The position numbers and the translations under genes are program-made. A stretch of DNA of 64,000 bases from the NCBI GenBank assembly GCA_045606105.1, contig JAZURI010000002.1:224001-288000 (forward strand). Direction: 5' to 3'. The stretch is from Spirochaetia bacterium. Lineage in GTDB: Bacteria; Spirochaetota; Spirochaetia; CADAEX01. Below, in pieces: positions 37,197-47,808 of this stretch (positions within the stretch are counted from its first letter, which is position 1; each line of letters opens with the position of its first letter). Under the pieces are notes generated by a model that was not told the DNA's origin, searched no databases, and saw nothing but the letters and a program-made list of their open reading frames with translations.

Positions 37197-38999
37197 TTAT
37201 TCCTCTTCTGTCTTAAGCACAGCGAGGAATGCACTCTGCGGCAGCTCCACGTTGCCGATAACCTTCATGCGCTTCTTTCCCTCTTTCTGCTTTTCAAGAA
37301 GCTTTCTCTTTCTGGAAATATCTCCGCCGTAACATTTTGCGGTAACATCCTTTCTGTATGCACTGATGGTTTCCCTGGCGATAATGGTATTGCCGATGGC
37401 ACCCTGGATAGGAATCTTGAACTGATGTCTCGGAATCTCGTCACAGAGCTTCTTGCAGACCTTTCTGGCCTTGTCCACGGCACTGTCCTTGAAAACAAGC
37501 ATGGAAAGGGCATCAACAGGACTTCCGTTGACCAGGATATCCAGCTTCACCAGGTTTGTGGCCTTGAAACCGATGATATCGTAATCAAAGGAGGCATAAC
37601 CGCGGCTTACCGATTTCAGTCTGTCGTAGAATTCAAAGAGAACCTCGGCAAGAGGCATTTCATATACAACCTCCACACGCTTCTGGTCCAGATAGTTCAT
37701 GGAGGTCTGCACTCCCCTTTTTTCCATGCAGAGAGTCATTATAGGCCCCAGATAGTCTGACGGAGTAATGATGGAAGCGGAAATGAAAGGCTCCTCACAG
37801 TAATCAATGCTTACGGGATCGGGAAAATCCATAGGATTGTTTACGGAAAGCTTTTCACCGTTTTTCAGGATAACATTATACTGAACCGAAGGTGAGGTGA
37901 AAACGATGGAAAGGTCGAATTCCCTTTCGATACGCTCCTGAACAACCTCCAGATGAAGAAGACCCAGGAATCCGCACCTGAAACCGAAGCCCAGGGCTGA
38001 AGAGGAGTCCTTTTCATAAATAAGGGAAGCGTCGTTGAGCTTGAGACGCTCGATGGAGCTGAGAAGCTCCTCGTAATCGTTGGAATCCACCGGATAGATG
38101 GATGAGAAAACTACAGGCTTTACATCCTTGAAGCCCGGAAGTGCATCTTCGGCAGGATCGTCGGCATCTGTTATGGTGTCGCCGATATGGACATCGGAAA
38201 TATTCTTGATACCGGCAATGATATAGCCTACATCTCCCTCCTCAAGCCCCTTGTTCTTTTCCAGCTTGATACGGAAAAGACCTGTTTCCTCGGTCTTGTA
38301 GGTACCGCCTGAAATCATGAACTTCAGGTTCTGTCCCTCACGGATCTTTCCTGAGAAAACCCTGATATTTACTATAACGCCCCTGTAGGCATCGTAGTGG
38401 GAGTCGAAGATAAGGGCACGGAGCTTTTCATCCTTGGCCGGTTCGGGACAAGGGATATAATCGATGATAGCCTCGAAAAGCTCATCCACACCCTGGCCTG
38501 TCTTTGCGGAAACCAGGACCGCCATATCAGAATCCAGCCCCAGATCGTGGTCAATCTGATATTTTACGGAATCCACATCCGCACTGGGCAGGTCTATCTT
38601 GTTGATTACCGGAATGATTTCAAGATTGTGGTCGATGGCCATGTACATGTTGGCCAGAGTCTGTGCCTCCACACCCTGGGTGGCATCAATAAGGAGCAAT
38701 GCCCCTTCACAGGAGGAAATAGCTCTTGAAACCTCATATGAGAAGTCCACATGACCCGGAGTATCAACCAGGTTGAGAACATAGTCATTTCCGTCCTTTC
38801 CCCTGTAATTGAGGGTAACGGCCTGGGACTTGATGGTGATTCCCCTTTCCCGCTCGATATCCATGGAATCGAGAATCTGGTTCTTGGCATTCCTGCTGTC
38901 TATAAGGGAAGCCTTCTCGATAAAACGGTCGGCAAGAGTAGACTTGCCATGGTCAATATGGGCAATAATACAAAAGTTACGTATGTTTTTTCTATTCAT
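37197..38999 (-). CDS. lepA: Elongation factor 4
   Basis: IRNFCIIAHIDHGKSTLADR, ERERGITIK, DTPGHVDF, KDVTAKCYGGDISRKRKLL. Confidence 0.98.
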   Translation of the reverse strand: MNRKNIRNFCIIAHIDHGKSTLADRFIEKASLIDSRNAKNQILDSMDIERERGITIKSQAVTLNYRGKDGNDYVLNLVDTPGHVDFSYEVSRAISSCEGALLLIDATQGVEAQTLANMYMAIDHNLEIIPVINKIDLPSADVDSVKYQIDHDLGLDSDMAVLVSAKTGQGVDELFEAIIDYIPCPEPAKDEKLRALIFDSHYDAYRGVIVNIRVFSGKIREGQNLKFMISGGTYKTEETGLFRIKLEKNKGLEEGDVGYIIAGIKNISDVHIGDTITDADDPAEDALPGFKDVKPVVFSSIYPVDSNDYEELLSSIERLKLNDASLIYEKDSSSALGFGFRCGFLGLLHLEVVQERIEREFDLSIVFTSPSVQYNVILKNGEKLSVNNPMDFPDPVSIDYCEEPFISASIITPSDYLGPIMTLCMEKRGVQTSMNYLDQKRVEVVYEMPLAEVLFEFYDRLKSVSRGYASFDYDIIGFKATNLVKLDILVNGSPVDALSMLVFKDSAVDKARKVCKKLCDEIPRHQFKIPIQGAIGNTIIARETISAYRKDVTAKCYGGDISRKRKLLEKQKEGKKRMKVIGNVELPQSAFLAVLKTEEE

Positions 39000-39007
39000 C
39001 TTCCAAA

Positions 39008-40801
39008 TTATATCAGATTATTTTCATCTAGAAAAGCAACAAGCTGCAATCCAGACTCCATAAATCCGGCTTTTTTCTTTTTTACAAAAATCTGCATGGC
39101 AACATAACGCTGCTTGCTGTTATATCTCCATTCCTTGAGGGCAAAAGGATCGTTTACCGAAAGATCGGCCTCGTAGGCAGGAAATCCCTGATAAACCTTC
39201 TTTATTACATATCCCTGCTTGAAGATATAGTTTCCGGTGCTTTCGGCCTTGATACCGAACAACGGCAGCATGGCATTCCTTCTGCTGTCCTTGTTAAGGG
39301 CAATATCCAGCGCCTTCTGAGGACGGCTTCTGGTGGCGATATAGCTCAGATGCTCCTCTCCGTCCCTTTCCCATTCGACACAGAGCATGGTGTCAGGAGG
39401 AATTGAATTCAGAATCTTGTGTACCTGTGTAATGCTGCGGCATTCGATGCCGTTGATCCTTCTCAGGATGTCGCCGTTATCCATACCTGCCGCACAGCCG
39501 GCTTCTCCCGGAATGGCATAGACAATTTCAAGCACATTATCCTTCTCGTACATGGAGAGACCGAGCCATGAATGCTCAACCTTTCCTTCTGCATAGAAGC
39601 TGCTCATCATGTCCATTACCCAATGGGACGGAATAACGAAGTTTATGTTCTGGAACCGGGGAATACCTGCGAAAACCACCCCAAGGACCTCGTTGTCATC
39701 GTTTACGAGAGGACCGCCGCTGTTTCCCGGATTGACAGGAACATCAACCTGAAGAACATCTCCGATAGGGAGCAGCTTTCTCCTGTCCGCAGATACGATA
39801 CCTGCAGTTATGGTGTTTTCAAGACCGCCGGGAGAACCGATTGCATAGATCTTGTCGCCGGGATTGAAATTGTTGTCCAGACTGAAGCCGAAAATGTATT
39901 CAGGCTCTATTTCTGTCTTCAGGAGCGCAATATCGAATACCGGATCCCAGGCCACAACCTTTGCCGGCACCCTGGTACCCACCGAGTCGGGCAGCCTTAT
40001 GAAAAGTCTGGAAAATCCCTCGTATTCAGGATTCACCTCGCTCTCGATAACATGGTAATTGGTAATGAGATATCCCCGCTTGTCGATAAAGAAACCGCTT
40101 CCGATAGCCCTGTCGGGAACACCTACGCCATACTCAAGCCTGGTACCCTTGTTTACCCAGATGGTTACGGTACCCTTCATGAGACGGGCCGGTGAATCAA
40201 TACTGCCGAGATAACCGGTGTATTCCTTTTTCTTCTTTCCTTCCGCCATTTTTGAAGAGATGAGCCTGAGCATGTAACGGTTGTTCTGGGCAAGGGCTAT
40301 GTCTCCGTATTTCTCAAGAAGAGAAGGTGACGGTTCCTTCAAGGTGGAATATTTGTAGAATCTGTAAAGGGCGATGGTATAGTTTTCCTTTTCACAATCT
40401 GCTTCCGCCGCATCAAGATAAAGCTTTTCTATTGACGGACTGCCCACCAGATCAGTTTTTTCCAGAGCCAGAAGAGAAAAATAAATGGAAATGGCCCGGT
40501 CAAAATTCTTTTCCTCCACGCTTTTTGCATAAGAATCCCTGATTGAGGTATAAATATCCTCCCGGCACTTTTCTACGGTACCGTCATTGCGGGCCTTGTC
40601 ATAAATAGAATCTGAGGAGGAATCTATATAGAGGATTTCCTGGAGGGCTGCAAAGGGCTGGCCCTGATCCAGGAAACTCTTTACCGTACCTGCCACATCA
40701 GGATCACGATGGTAAACAAACCCCTCATTATTATCCGATGTCCGGCAGGCAGACAGCAGTAATGTTGTTATAAAAAAAGCAGCAAGCAGCCTTTTAGTCA
40801 T
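39008..40801 (-). CDS. Lipoprotein with trypsin-like (S1C/HtrA-type) protease and PDZ-like domains
   Basis: Lipobox LLSAC; catalytic motifs ITNYHV, DIALLK and PGNSGGP. Confidence 0.87.
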   Translation of the reverse strand: MTKRLLAAFFITTLLLSACRTSDNNEGFVYHRDPDVAGTVKSFLDQGQPFAALQEILYIDSSSDSIYDKARNDGTVEKCREDIYTSIRDSYAKSVEEKNFDRAISIYFSLLALEKTDLVGSPSIEKLYLDAAEADCEKENYTIALYRFYKYSTLKEPSPSLLEKYGDIALAQNNRYMLRLISSKMAEGKKKKEYTGYLGSIDSPARLMKGTVTIWVNKGTRLEYGVGVPDRAIGSGFFIDKRGYLITNYHVIESEVNPEYEGFSRLFIRLPDSVGTRVPAKVVAWDPVFDIALLKTEIEPEYIFGFSLDNNFNPGDKIYAIGSPGGLENTITAGIVSADRRKLLPIGDVLQVDVPVNPGNSGGPLVNDDNEVLGVVFAGIPRFQNINFVIPSHWVMDMMSSFYAEGKVEHSWLGLSMYEKDNVLEIVYAIPGEAGCAAGMDNGDILRRINGIECRSITQVHKILNSIPPDTMLCVEWERDGEEHLSYIATRSRPQKALDIALNKDSRRNAMLPLFGIKAESTGNYIFKQGYVIKKVYQGFPAYEADLSVNDPFALKEWRYNSKQRYVAMQIFVKKKKAGFMESGLQLVAFLDENNLI

Positions 40802-42809
40802 TCTTCTTCTCAAGATGGAGAAGCTCCCTGATTTCAGCATCATCCAATGTTTCCTGAGCAAAGAGAGTTTCTGCCAGAAGCTCCAGCTTATCCCTGTTTT
40901 CGGTAAGAAGTCTGAATGCTTCGTTGTAACATTCTGTAATAATCCTGGTTACTTCCTTGTCTATAGCCTGGGAAGTAGCTTCGGAATAATCCTTGTGCTG
41001 GGCAATCTCACGACCGATGAAGATAGGCTCATCCTCCTGTCCGAATGCAACAGGTCCGAGAGTATCGCTCATACCCCATTCGCTTACCATCTTTCTTGCC
41101 AGCTTGGCAGCCTGCTGAAGGTCGTTCTGGGTTCCTGTGGTAGTCCAGTTATAGATTATCTTTTCAGCCACATAACCGCCGAGACAGATCTTGATCCTGT
41201 CGATAAGCCACATCTTGTTTCTGGAATAGCTGTCCTTTTCAGGAAGCGACATGGCCATACCGAGAGCTCTTCCGCGGGGAATGATGGTTACCTTGTGGAG
41301 AGGATCGGAATATTCAAGGAAATAATGAAGAAGCGCATGACCTGCCTCATGGTAGGCTGTAGCCTTCTTGTCTTCATCTGTAATGACCTTGGACTTGCGG
41401 GCAATACCCAGCATTACCTTATCCCTGGCCTCTTCGAAATCTTCCATGGAAACCTTGGTCTTGTTCTTGCGGGCCGCAAAGAGAGCTGCCTCATTTACCA
41501 GGTTGGCGATTTCGGCACCTGATGAACCCGGTGTTGCACGGGCAAGCCTTGCAAGGTCCACTTCTCCGTCAATAGGAATTTTTGATGCATGGAGTCTGAA
41601 AATAGCCTCTCTTTCCTTGACATCAGGCATGTCTACAACAACCTGTCTGTCGAAACGGCCCGGTCTCAGGAGAGCAGGATCCAGAACATCAGGTCTGTTG
41701 GTTGCAGCCAGGATGATAACTCCGTCCTTGCTGTCGAAACCGTCCATTTCAACCAGCATCTGGTTAAGGGTCTGTTCCCTTTCGTCATGTCCTCCGCCGT
41801 AGCCCGCACCTCTTGTACGACCTACCGCATCAAGCTCATCTATGAAAATGATACAAGGTGCATTCTTGCGTCCCTGTTCAAAAAGATCTCTTACTCTGCT
41901 GGCACCTACACCTACAAACATCTCCACGAAGTCTGAACCTGACATATGGAAATAAGGAACTCCGGCCTCTCCCGCAATAGCCTTTGCAAGAAGGGTCTTT
42001 CCTGTTCCCGGCATACCTACCAGAAGAACTCCCTTAGGAATCTTGGCTCCGATATCGGAAAATTTCTTAGGGTTCTTGAGGAAGTCAACAACCTCTTCAA
42101 GCTCGTATTTTGCCTCATCCTGTCCTGCCACATCGGCAAACATGATTTTCTTGCCTGTTCCGCTGTAACGCTTTGCACGGCTCTTTCCGAAGCTCATGGC
42201 CTTTCCGCCGCCTCCGCCCATCTGACGGAACATGAGCCAGATAAAGCTGAGTCCGATAAGCCAAGGAACAATATCGACAAAGAAACGGTATGTGGAGTTG
42301 TTCTTCACACCGCCGGTAATCTTTACATTGTTCTCCTGAAGCTTCACCAGAAGATTGTCATCAAAATAAGGGATACGGGTTCTGAAGGCCGTAAGCTGTC
42401 CGGAGGAATTCATGAGATATCCCTGAATCTCCTGGTTATCCATTATCTTGACACTTTCCACTGAATTGTTTTCCACATGGTTGAGGAAAGCTGTATATGA
42501 TATTTCCTCTGCTGTCCCGCTTGAATCATTGAATACAAACACGAACATGAACAGAAGAATCATTGACATGATCAGGAAAAGACCGAACCTGTTGTTGAAT
42601 CCCAACTTGATAGGACCGCCGTTATTGTTGCCGTTTCCTCCGTTGCCCGGACCGAATGGACCGAAAGCTCCGAAAAAGTTAGGCTGTTCCTGATCCTGCC
42701 CGTTATTGCTGTCACCGTTTTCAGGTTCAGGTCTCTCTGATTCCGGCCTTTCTCTGCCGGGTTCCTGTTCCTGTCCGGGTACTCTGTCTTTTTCTTCCTT
42801 ATCTGACAC
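40794..42809 (-). CDS. ftsH: ATP-dependent zinc metalloprotease FtsH
   Basis: Two TMs, [33 protein letters not shown] start at 42809 chosen after CAGGA. Confidence 0.97.
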   Translation of the reverse strand: MSDKEEKDRVPGQEQEPGRERPESERPEPENGDSNNGQDQEQPNFFGAFGPFGPGNGGNGNNNGGPIKLGFNNRFGLFLIMSMILLFMFVFVFNDSSGTAEEISYTAFLNHVENNSVESVKIMDNQEIQGYLMNSSGQLTAFRTRIPYFDDNLLVKLQENNVKITGGVKNNSTYRFFVDIVPWLIGLSFIWLMFRQMGGGGGKAMSFGKSRAKRYSGTGKKIMFADVAGQDEAKYELEEVVDFLKNPKKFSDIGAKIPKGVLLVGMPGTGKTLLAKAIAGEAGVPYFHMSGSDFVEMFVGVGASRVRDLFEQGRKNAPCIIFIDELDAVGRTRGAGYGGGHDEREQTLNQMLVEMDGFDSKDGVIILAATNRPDVLDPALLRPGRFDRQVVVDMPDVKEREAIFRLHASKIPIDGEVDLARLARATPGSSGAEIANLVNEAALFAARKNKTKVSMEDFEEARDKVMLGIARKSKVITDEDKKATAYHEAGHALLHYFLEYSDPLHKVTIIPRGRALGMAMSLPEKDSYSRNKMWLIDRIKICLGGYVAEKIIYNWTTTGTQNDLQQAAKLARKMVSEWGMSDTLGPVAFGQEDEPIFIGREIAQHKDYSEATSQAIDKEVTRIITECYNEAFRLLTENRDKLELLAETLFAQETLDDAEIRELLHLEKKND

Positions 42810-44244
42810 CGTTATCCTGCCTTTTTCTAAAGATATAAACCTCTCCGTTTTCATCTCCCCTGTTTTCCAGCCTGACGAGGTCGGAGACACGGTCTCTGTA
42901 GCCGTATATACCACCCCAGACTGCTATTACACCCCGATCATCGCATATAAGCGGAATACGGCTGCGTAATTCTGCAGGGACCTTCCATTCGGAAAATATT
43001 TTTTTCAGTTTCTTTCTGCAGCCGGAGGAGACAATTGAATCTCCGTCACGCCGGGACCTGACTGTCAGATCACCCTTCACACACTCTGCAGGAATCCAGA
43101 TATCTTCCTTATTACATAAAGATAACAAAGATTTTTCAACAGAAAAACCCCTATTTACTTCTAATTTGAAAAAATTGTCAGTTTTTTCATTTATTTTTAT
43201 AAAAAAGTCTGTTTTCTCCCTGTTTTCAACATCTTTTTTCCATACAAGAAGATTTCCGGCCCTTTTTATGACAAATCCGTAGCCTCTGAGAAGCACGCCG
43301 TTGTTCTCCGGTACTCTTCCGGAAAGGGCGGTCCTGACAAAACGGTAAGGAAGCTCTCCTCCCCTCCCTTTTGCAAATATGTCGTAGCAGCTGTATATGG
43401 ACTGCACCCTGAGTGCATCAGGCGCCGACATGAAGCTCTCCAAAGAGGTAACAAAGCTGTTTTCATCCGGGGAGGTACGTTCCCAGCGTACCCTTTCATT
43501 GGCAGCGGCCTTGATAAAGTCATCGGCACAGGATACCTTTTCTCCGAACTCGGTTACAGCCTTTGCATAGCTTGGAAAAATCTCCTCTATCTGAGGAATA
43601 AGGATATTCCTGACCCTGTTCCTGAGATAGTCGGTTCCGTAATTGGTCTTGTCTATGGAAAACGGAATATTGTTTTCAGACAGGAACTGAAGGATTGTTT
43701 TTTTGGGACAGCCTGAAAGAGGTCTGATGATGTGCCCCCTGACTGAGGGAATTCCTCTCAGGCCTGAAAGACCGGAGCCCTTGAAGAACCGCATGACAAT
43801 GGTCTCCACCGTATCATCAAGATTGTGGGCAAGTGCCAGGTAACGGCAGCCGGTTTTCTCAAGAAGCGAATGGAAAAAGCCGTATCTGGCCTTTCTGGCA
43901 GCACATTCCACCCCCAGGGAAACAGAATCCCGTTCTATTTCTCCAGCATCCTCGCCGATATGAAGCTCCAGATTCTTTTCTGCGGCAAGGGTACTGATAA
44001 ATGCCATTTCCTCTGCCAGCTCCTCTGCGGGGCGTATCCTGTGATTGAAATAAGCAAGAACAATATCGATGTTGAGATTTTCCGAAAGCTTATCCAGAAC
44101 TGTCATGAGACACACCGAGTCGGGTCCGCCGGAAAAACCGATAAGGATACGGATTCTCTCCTTCTCCTTTCCGAAACCGGGAAGCCGGCTGAAATATTCA
44201 GTTACACTGTCTCTGAGAAACGTTCCTGATTGAATTGACCTCAT
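42799..44244 (-). CDS. tilS: tRNA(Ile)-lysidine synthetase
   Basis: SGGPDS PP-loop, ARKARY, AHNLDD, RNRVRN; lies upstream of ftsH. Confidence 0.93.
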   Translation of the reverse strand: MRSIQSGTFLRDSVTEYFSRLPGFGKEKERIRILIGFSGGPDSVCLMTVLDKLSENLNIDIVLAYFNHRIRPAEELAEEMAFISTLAAEKNLELHIGEDAGEIERDSVSLGVECAARKARYGFFHSLLEKTGCRYLALAHNLDDTVETIVMRFFKGSGLSGLRGIPSVRGHIIRPLSGCPKKTILQFLSENNIPFSIDKTNYGTDYLRNRVRNILIPQIEEIFPSYAKAVTEFGEKVSCADDFIKAAANERVRWERTSPDENSFVTSLESFMSAPDALRVQSIYSCYDIFAKGRGGELPYRFVRTALSGRVPENNGVLLRGYGFVIKRAGNLLVWKKDVENREKTDFFIKINEKTDNFFKLEVNRGFSVEKSLLSLCNKEDIWIPAECVKGDLTVRSRRDGDSIVSSGCRKKLKKIFSEWKVPAELRSRIPLICDDRGVIAVWGGIYGYRDRVSDLVRLENRGDENGEVYIFRKRQDNGVR

Positions 44245-44788
44245 TTGTTACCTGTTCCACTGTCCTGTTCTTCAGTGAAATAATGCTGTCACCGGCAATC
44301 TTTACTGCCTTTTCCAGACTTTCCGTATCTGTCTTGTCAGGGCGGCCCAGCACATAATATGAAACCTCTCCCGAATGGGCCGGTCTTCCGATACCCACAT
44401 AGAAGCGGACAAAGTCATTGGTCGGAGCATGCCTGATTATTGATTTGAGTCCGTTGTGGCCTGCATCTCCGCCGCCACGTTTTATACGAAGTACCCCGGG
44501 ATAAAGATCCATGTTATCACAGACAACAATGATATCCTTTACGCTGCAGTCAGCCACCTTCAGAATATCCCGGATTATTTCTCCGGAATTATTCATATAA
44601 GTAAGGGGTTTGACAAGAAAAAATTCCTTTCCCTGAAAAACCCCTTTACCATATATGTATTTTTTAAAAAATTTCTTCTGAAGTTCTATCCCTGTCTTTT
44701 CCGAAAGATAATCTATCACCATGTAGCCACAATTGTGTCTTGTGCCGGTGTATTCATCTCCGGGGTTGCCAAGTCCCAGAACAACCAT
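44198..44788 (-). CDS. pth: Peptidyl-tRNA hydrolase
   Basis: GLGNPG, TRHNCG, KPLTYMNNSG, GHNGLKSI. Confidence 0.96.
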   Translation of the reverse strand: MVVLGLGNPGDEYTGTRHNCGYMVIDYLSEKTGIELQKKFFKKYIYGKGVFQGKEFFLVKPLTYMNNSGEIIRDILKVADCSVKDIIVVCDNMDLYPGVLRIKRGGGDAGHNGLKSIIRHAPTNDFVRFYVGIGRPAHSGEVSYYVLGRPDKTDTESLEKAVKIAGDSIISLKNRTVEQVTNEVNSIRNVSQRQCN

Positions 44789-44796
44789 AATTTATC

Positions 44797-45366
44797 TTAC
44801 TGAGCAGCCTTCATTCCCTTAGGATAAGCAACATGAGCGATGATGCTTTCCGGATCGATAAGGAACTTAACACCTTCTACAGCAGGAATATCGCCTGCCT
44901 TTGCAGCCTGACCCAGTCCGAGAGAATCGATGTTGATGAAGATTTTCTCAGGAAGATCTTTTGGAAGACATTCGATTTCAACAATCTTTACAGTCTGAAC
45001 AAGCTTTCCGCCGGCCTTGACACCTGCAGGTGCACCGTCGAGACAGAGTGGAACTCTTGCCTTGATAATCTTGTCCTTAGCAAGCTCGAGGAAGTCGATA
45101 TGCTGGATTTTTCCTGAAAGGATATCGTCCTGATAATCCTTGATGATAACGTCACACAGCTCTTTTCCGTCCTGGAGAAGAGTGATAACGATGTTTTCGG
45201 ATGCTTTATGGAATTTTCTTTCAAATTCCCTATTTTCTACAGCAATACAGAGCTGTTCTTTTCCGCCGTATACAACTGCAGGAATCATTCCTTCCTGTCT
45301 GAGCTTTGCACAAGGTCTCTTTTTAAGTTCTGTACGCATAACAATATTCAGAGTGTTGTCTGCCAT
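44797..45366 (-). CDS. rplY: 50S ribosomal protein bL25 (Ctc-type long form)
   Basis: LRQEGMIPAVVYG, IQHIDF, GVKAGG, CLPKDLPE. Confidence 0.95.
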   Translation of the reverse strand: MADNTLNIVMRTELKKRPCAKLRQEGMIPAVVYGGKEQLCIAVENREFERKFHKASENIVITLLQDGKELCDVIIKDYQDDILSGKIQHIDFLELAKDKIIKARVPLCLDGAPAGVKAGGKLVQTVKIVEIECLPKDLPEKIFINIDSLGLGQAAKAGDIPAVEGVKFLIDPESIIAHVAYPKGMKAAQ

Positions 45367-45395
45367 GTCTATCTCCTATACCCAAAAATACATTA

Positions 45396-45467
45396 CTGGG
45401 ATGGCAGGATTCGAACCTGCGAATGACGGAACCAAAACCCGTTGGCTTACCACTTGCCGACATCCCA
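45396..45467 (-). tRNA. tRNA-Gln (anticodon TTG), CCA not encoded
   Basis: TGGGATG/CATCCCA acceptor stem; anticodon arm ACGGG-TTTTGGT-TCCGT; T arm GCAGGTTCGAATCCTGC. Confidence 0.95.
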
Positions 45468-45608
45468 TCCACCCCAAGTACTATATATTAATTAAACAAT
45501 TAATTCTATATATCGCGTTGTATTTTATAAATTTTTTCACATAATATCAACATGTAAGGAGACATTTTGTAAAAAAATATAATAAGGTTTTTACCTGTTT
45601 ACGGACCC

Positions 45609-45863
45609 TTATTCTTCCTTGTCGTAGGCTTCAAGAATCAGATCCTGCATTTCTGCACGGAATTCAGGTGAAATAGGATGGGCAACATCCCGGTACTCAC
45701 CGGTCTGGGTCTTTCTGCTAGGCATGGCAATAAAAGCACCGTCCTTTCCGTCGATAATCTTAAGATTGTGCACTACAAAGCAATCATCGAAGGTCACGTT
45801 TACATACGCCTTAAGTTTACCCTCAGCTGTTGTCTTGCGGATTTTGATGTCAGTAATTTTCAT
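45609..45863 (-). CDS. spoVG: SpoVG nucleic-acid-binding protein
   Basis: MKITDIKIRK, LKAYVNVTFDDCFVVHNLKII, FIAMPSRK, YRDVAHPI. Confidence 0.96.
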   Translation of the reverse strand: MKITDIKIRKTTAEGKLKAYVNVTFDDCFVVHNLKIIDGKDGAFIAMPSRKTQTGEYRDVAHPISPEFRAEMQDLILEAYDKEE

Positions 45864-46013
45864 AATACAATCCCCCATTTTTGTATTCCTGACTATAATC
45901 CTATCAACACCTTACATAAAAGTAAATAAAAAAATTTAAAATCACAAAGAAAACTGATTTTTTTTGATAATTTTTTATTGACATGTTTTTTTCATAGTTT
46001 TAGATTATGCTCT

Positions 46014-46268
46014 ATGGAGAAAAATATGGCAGAAACTCAAGGGGATAACAATCTGTCTGAAGAGAATATCGAAAATGCTCTTCTGGACAATATTGACAAT
46101 GAACCGGATTTTATTTCATCCGAAGATGCAGAGAATGATTTCGCCCATCTTGAGGATGATTTCGGGATTCTTGATGATGATGCGACCTACCAGGTTGAAT
46201 CGGAGCAGACAACAGACTTTTCCGAGCTGGAAGAGAGTACTGAATTTTCATTTGAAGACGGCGAGTGA
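46014..46268 (+). CDS. 84-aa highly acidic hypothetical protein
   Basis: TTGACA (45978-45983)-17-TAGATT (46001-46006) promoter; about 30 of 84 residues Asp/Glu; terminator overlaps the stop. Confidence 0.7.
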   Translation: MEKNMAETQGDNNLSEENIENALLDNIDNEPDFISSEDAENDFAHLEDDFGILDDDATYQVESEQTTDFSELEESTEFSFEDGE

Positions 46269-46282
46269 TGCCGTCTTTTTTT
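46255..46282 (+). terminator. Intrinsic terminator of the acidic-protein gene
   Basis: AAGACGGC-N7-GCCGTCTT followed by a T-run. Confidence 0.7.
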
Positions 46283-46643
46283 ATTTGTACTCCACCTTAC
46301 GGCCGCTGAACCAGAGCTTTTCAAGATTGTAGAATTCCCTGGCCTCCTCATTCATGAGGTGAACAACGATATTGCCGCAGTCCAGGAGAACCCACTTCTC
46401 GTCATCTGTCTTCTTGTGTCTCCACTGAAGGACAAGTCCCTCCTCCTCGATGATGTCGTAAAGCTGGCTGAGAAGTCCCCTGAGATGTCCGGAGCTGGTA
46501 ACCGTGGTGATGATGAAGTAATCGGTCCATCCGCTGATTTCCGAAACATCCAGCGCCACTGTATTCTGTCCGTTATGCTCGTCAATGAAGCAGGCAAGTT
46601 TCTTTACAATATTTTCACTCTCTTTACTTACAAATTCCGCCAT
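46281..46643 (-). CDS. rsfS: Ribosome silencing factor
   Basis: TDYFIITT, WVLLDCGNIVVHLM, REFYNLEKLW; follows nadD-yqeK. Confidence 0.93.
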   Translation of the reverse strand: MAEFVSKESENIVKKLACFIDEHNGQNTVALDVSEISGWTDYFIITTVTSSGHLRGLLSQLYDIIEEEGLVLQWRHKKTDDEKWVLLDCGNIVVHLMNEEAREFYNLEKLWFSGRKVEYK

Positions 46644-47808
46644 TAAAATCCTTCCCTAAAATTAATATTATGTCCTTTTCCTTGAGAATCAACTCCTCTG
46701 CTGCAATTTCACGGGGATTGTCCTCTACATATACTATATTTCTGCATTGTATGATACTTGCCACTTTCTGTACAGAGGCAAGATTGTTACGGTGTCCGAT
46801 GATACAGGTCCTGCCGTAGTCATTCTTCATGGCATTCTTTACCGATTTCACATTATAGCCCAGGTTCCTGTAGGTTGCCGAGGTTCTTGCAGCCAGCCCT
46901 CCCACCGTGGTTCCGTTGAGAATTTCAAGGGAATCGGAGGCATCTGCTTCATCAAAGATTCCTATATCTGCCAGGGATTTTCTGGTCTGCCCCAGCCATT
47001 GTCTCATGATATTGCCGTTGTAGTAAGGGAACAGAATCACCTTTCCCTCAATTATCTTCCTGTCTCCCCGCACATGGTGAAAAATCATCCTGTCGTTGTC
47101 AGCCTTGCCCATTTCAAAAATAAATGAAGCCAGGGAACCGCTGTTCATGTTTGTGTCCATGTTTTCCCTGAGAACCGGCAGAACAGTTTTGCTGCAGAGA
47201 TAGGCCTCGTTATGTCCGAGCCCCTGTATGAAGCTTCTGATAAGCTTGTATCCGGCTTCCGCCATTTCCTCCGAAGAGGTATTCCTGAGAGACTGCTCCA
47301 TATATTCAATAACCTTGTCTCCGTCCAGGACCGCTCTGCCCTCAGGCAGATAAGGATAATCGGATTTCTCCAGCGTCATCTCCAGTCCGCCCATGAGATC
47401 GGCACAGGCAGCCAGCTCCCGCATGTCAAAATCGAAATAGAACGGAATATCCAGGTTGGTTTCTACCTCTATTTTCCTGATGAACTGTTCCGGCCTGTCC
47501 TTCCTGTAAAGGACATCTATTCTGTCCATCCTGTTTATGGAATCAATGATGGAGCCGTAATTCACCGGAATATCCAATACCGCAGATTTTCCTGTCTTCG
47601 GATTAAAAATGAAGAGGTCGGAAAAAAGGAGCTCCTTGTTATGGGTCAGGTTTATAAGGCAGACTATTTCCTCTTCGGCATTCACCCTCTTGGTCACATC
47701 ATCAACCTTCAGAAGCATGACAAGCTTTATACCGGTGAAAAGTATCACTGATATTATGGCAAAGAGACAGATACTGCTTTTATTGAGAAATCCGGATTTA
47801 TTCCTCAT
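46624..47808 (-). CDS. LCP-family protein with LytR C-terminal domain
   Basis: N-terminal TM; LDIP, DLMGGLE and LDGDK motifs; C-terminal EILNGTTVGGLAART...ILILGKDF. Confidence 0.82.
   Translation of the reverse strand: MRNKSGFLNKSSICLFAIISVILFTGIKLVMLLKVDDVTKRVNAEEEIVCLINLTHNKELLFSDLFIFNPKTGKSAVLDIPVNYGSIIDSINRMDRIDVLYRKDRPEQFIRKIEVETNLDIPFYFDFDMRELAACADLMGGLEMTLEKSDYPYLPEGRAVLDGDKVIEYMEQSLRNTSSEEMAEAGYKLIRSFIQGLGHNEAYLCSKTVLPVLRENMDTNMNSGSLASFIFEMGKADNDRMIFHHVRGDRKIIEGKVILFPYYNGNIMRQWLGQTRKSLADIGIFDEADASDSLEILNGTTVGGLAARTSATYRNLGYNVKSVKNAMKNDYGRTCIIGHRNNLASVQKVASIIQCRNIVYVEDNPREIAAEELILKEKDIILILGKDFNGGICK

Noticed and set aside
45367-45608. Integrative element at tRNA-Gln; absence of prs between the tRNA and rplY
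   Set aside because: No integrase or duplicated tRNA 3' end is seen, and the gene-order difference is ordinary lineage variation.
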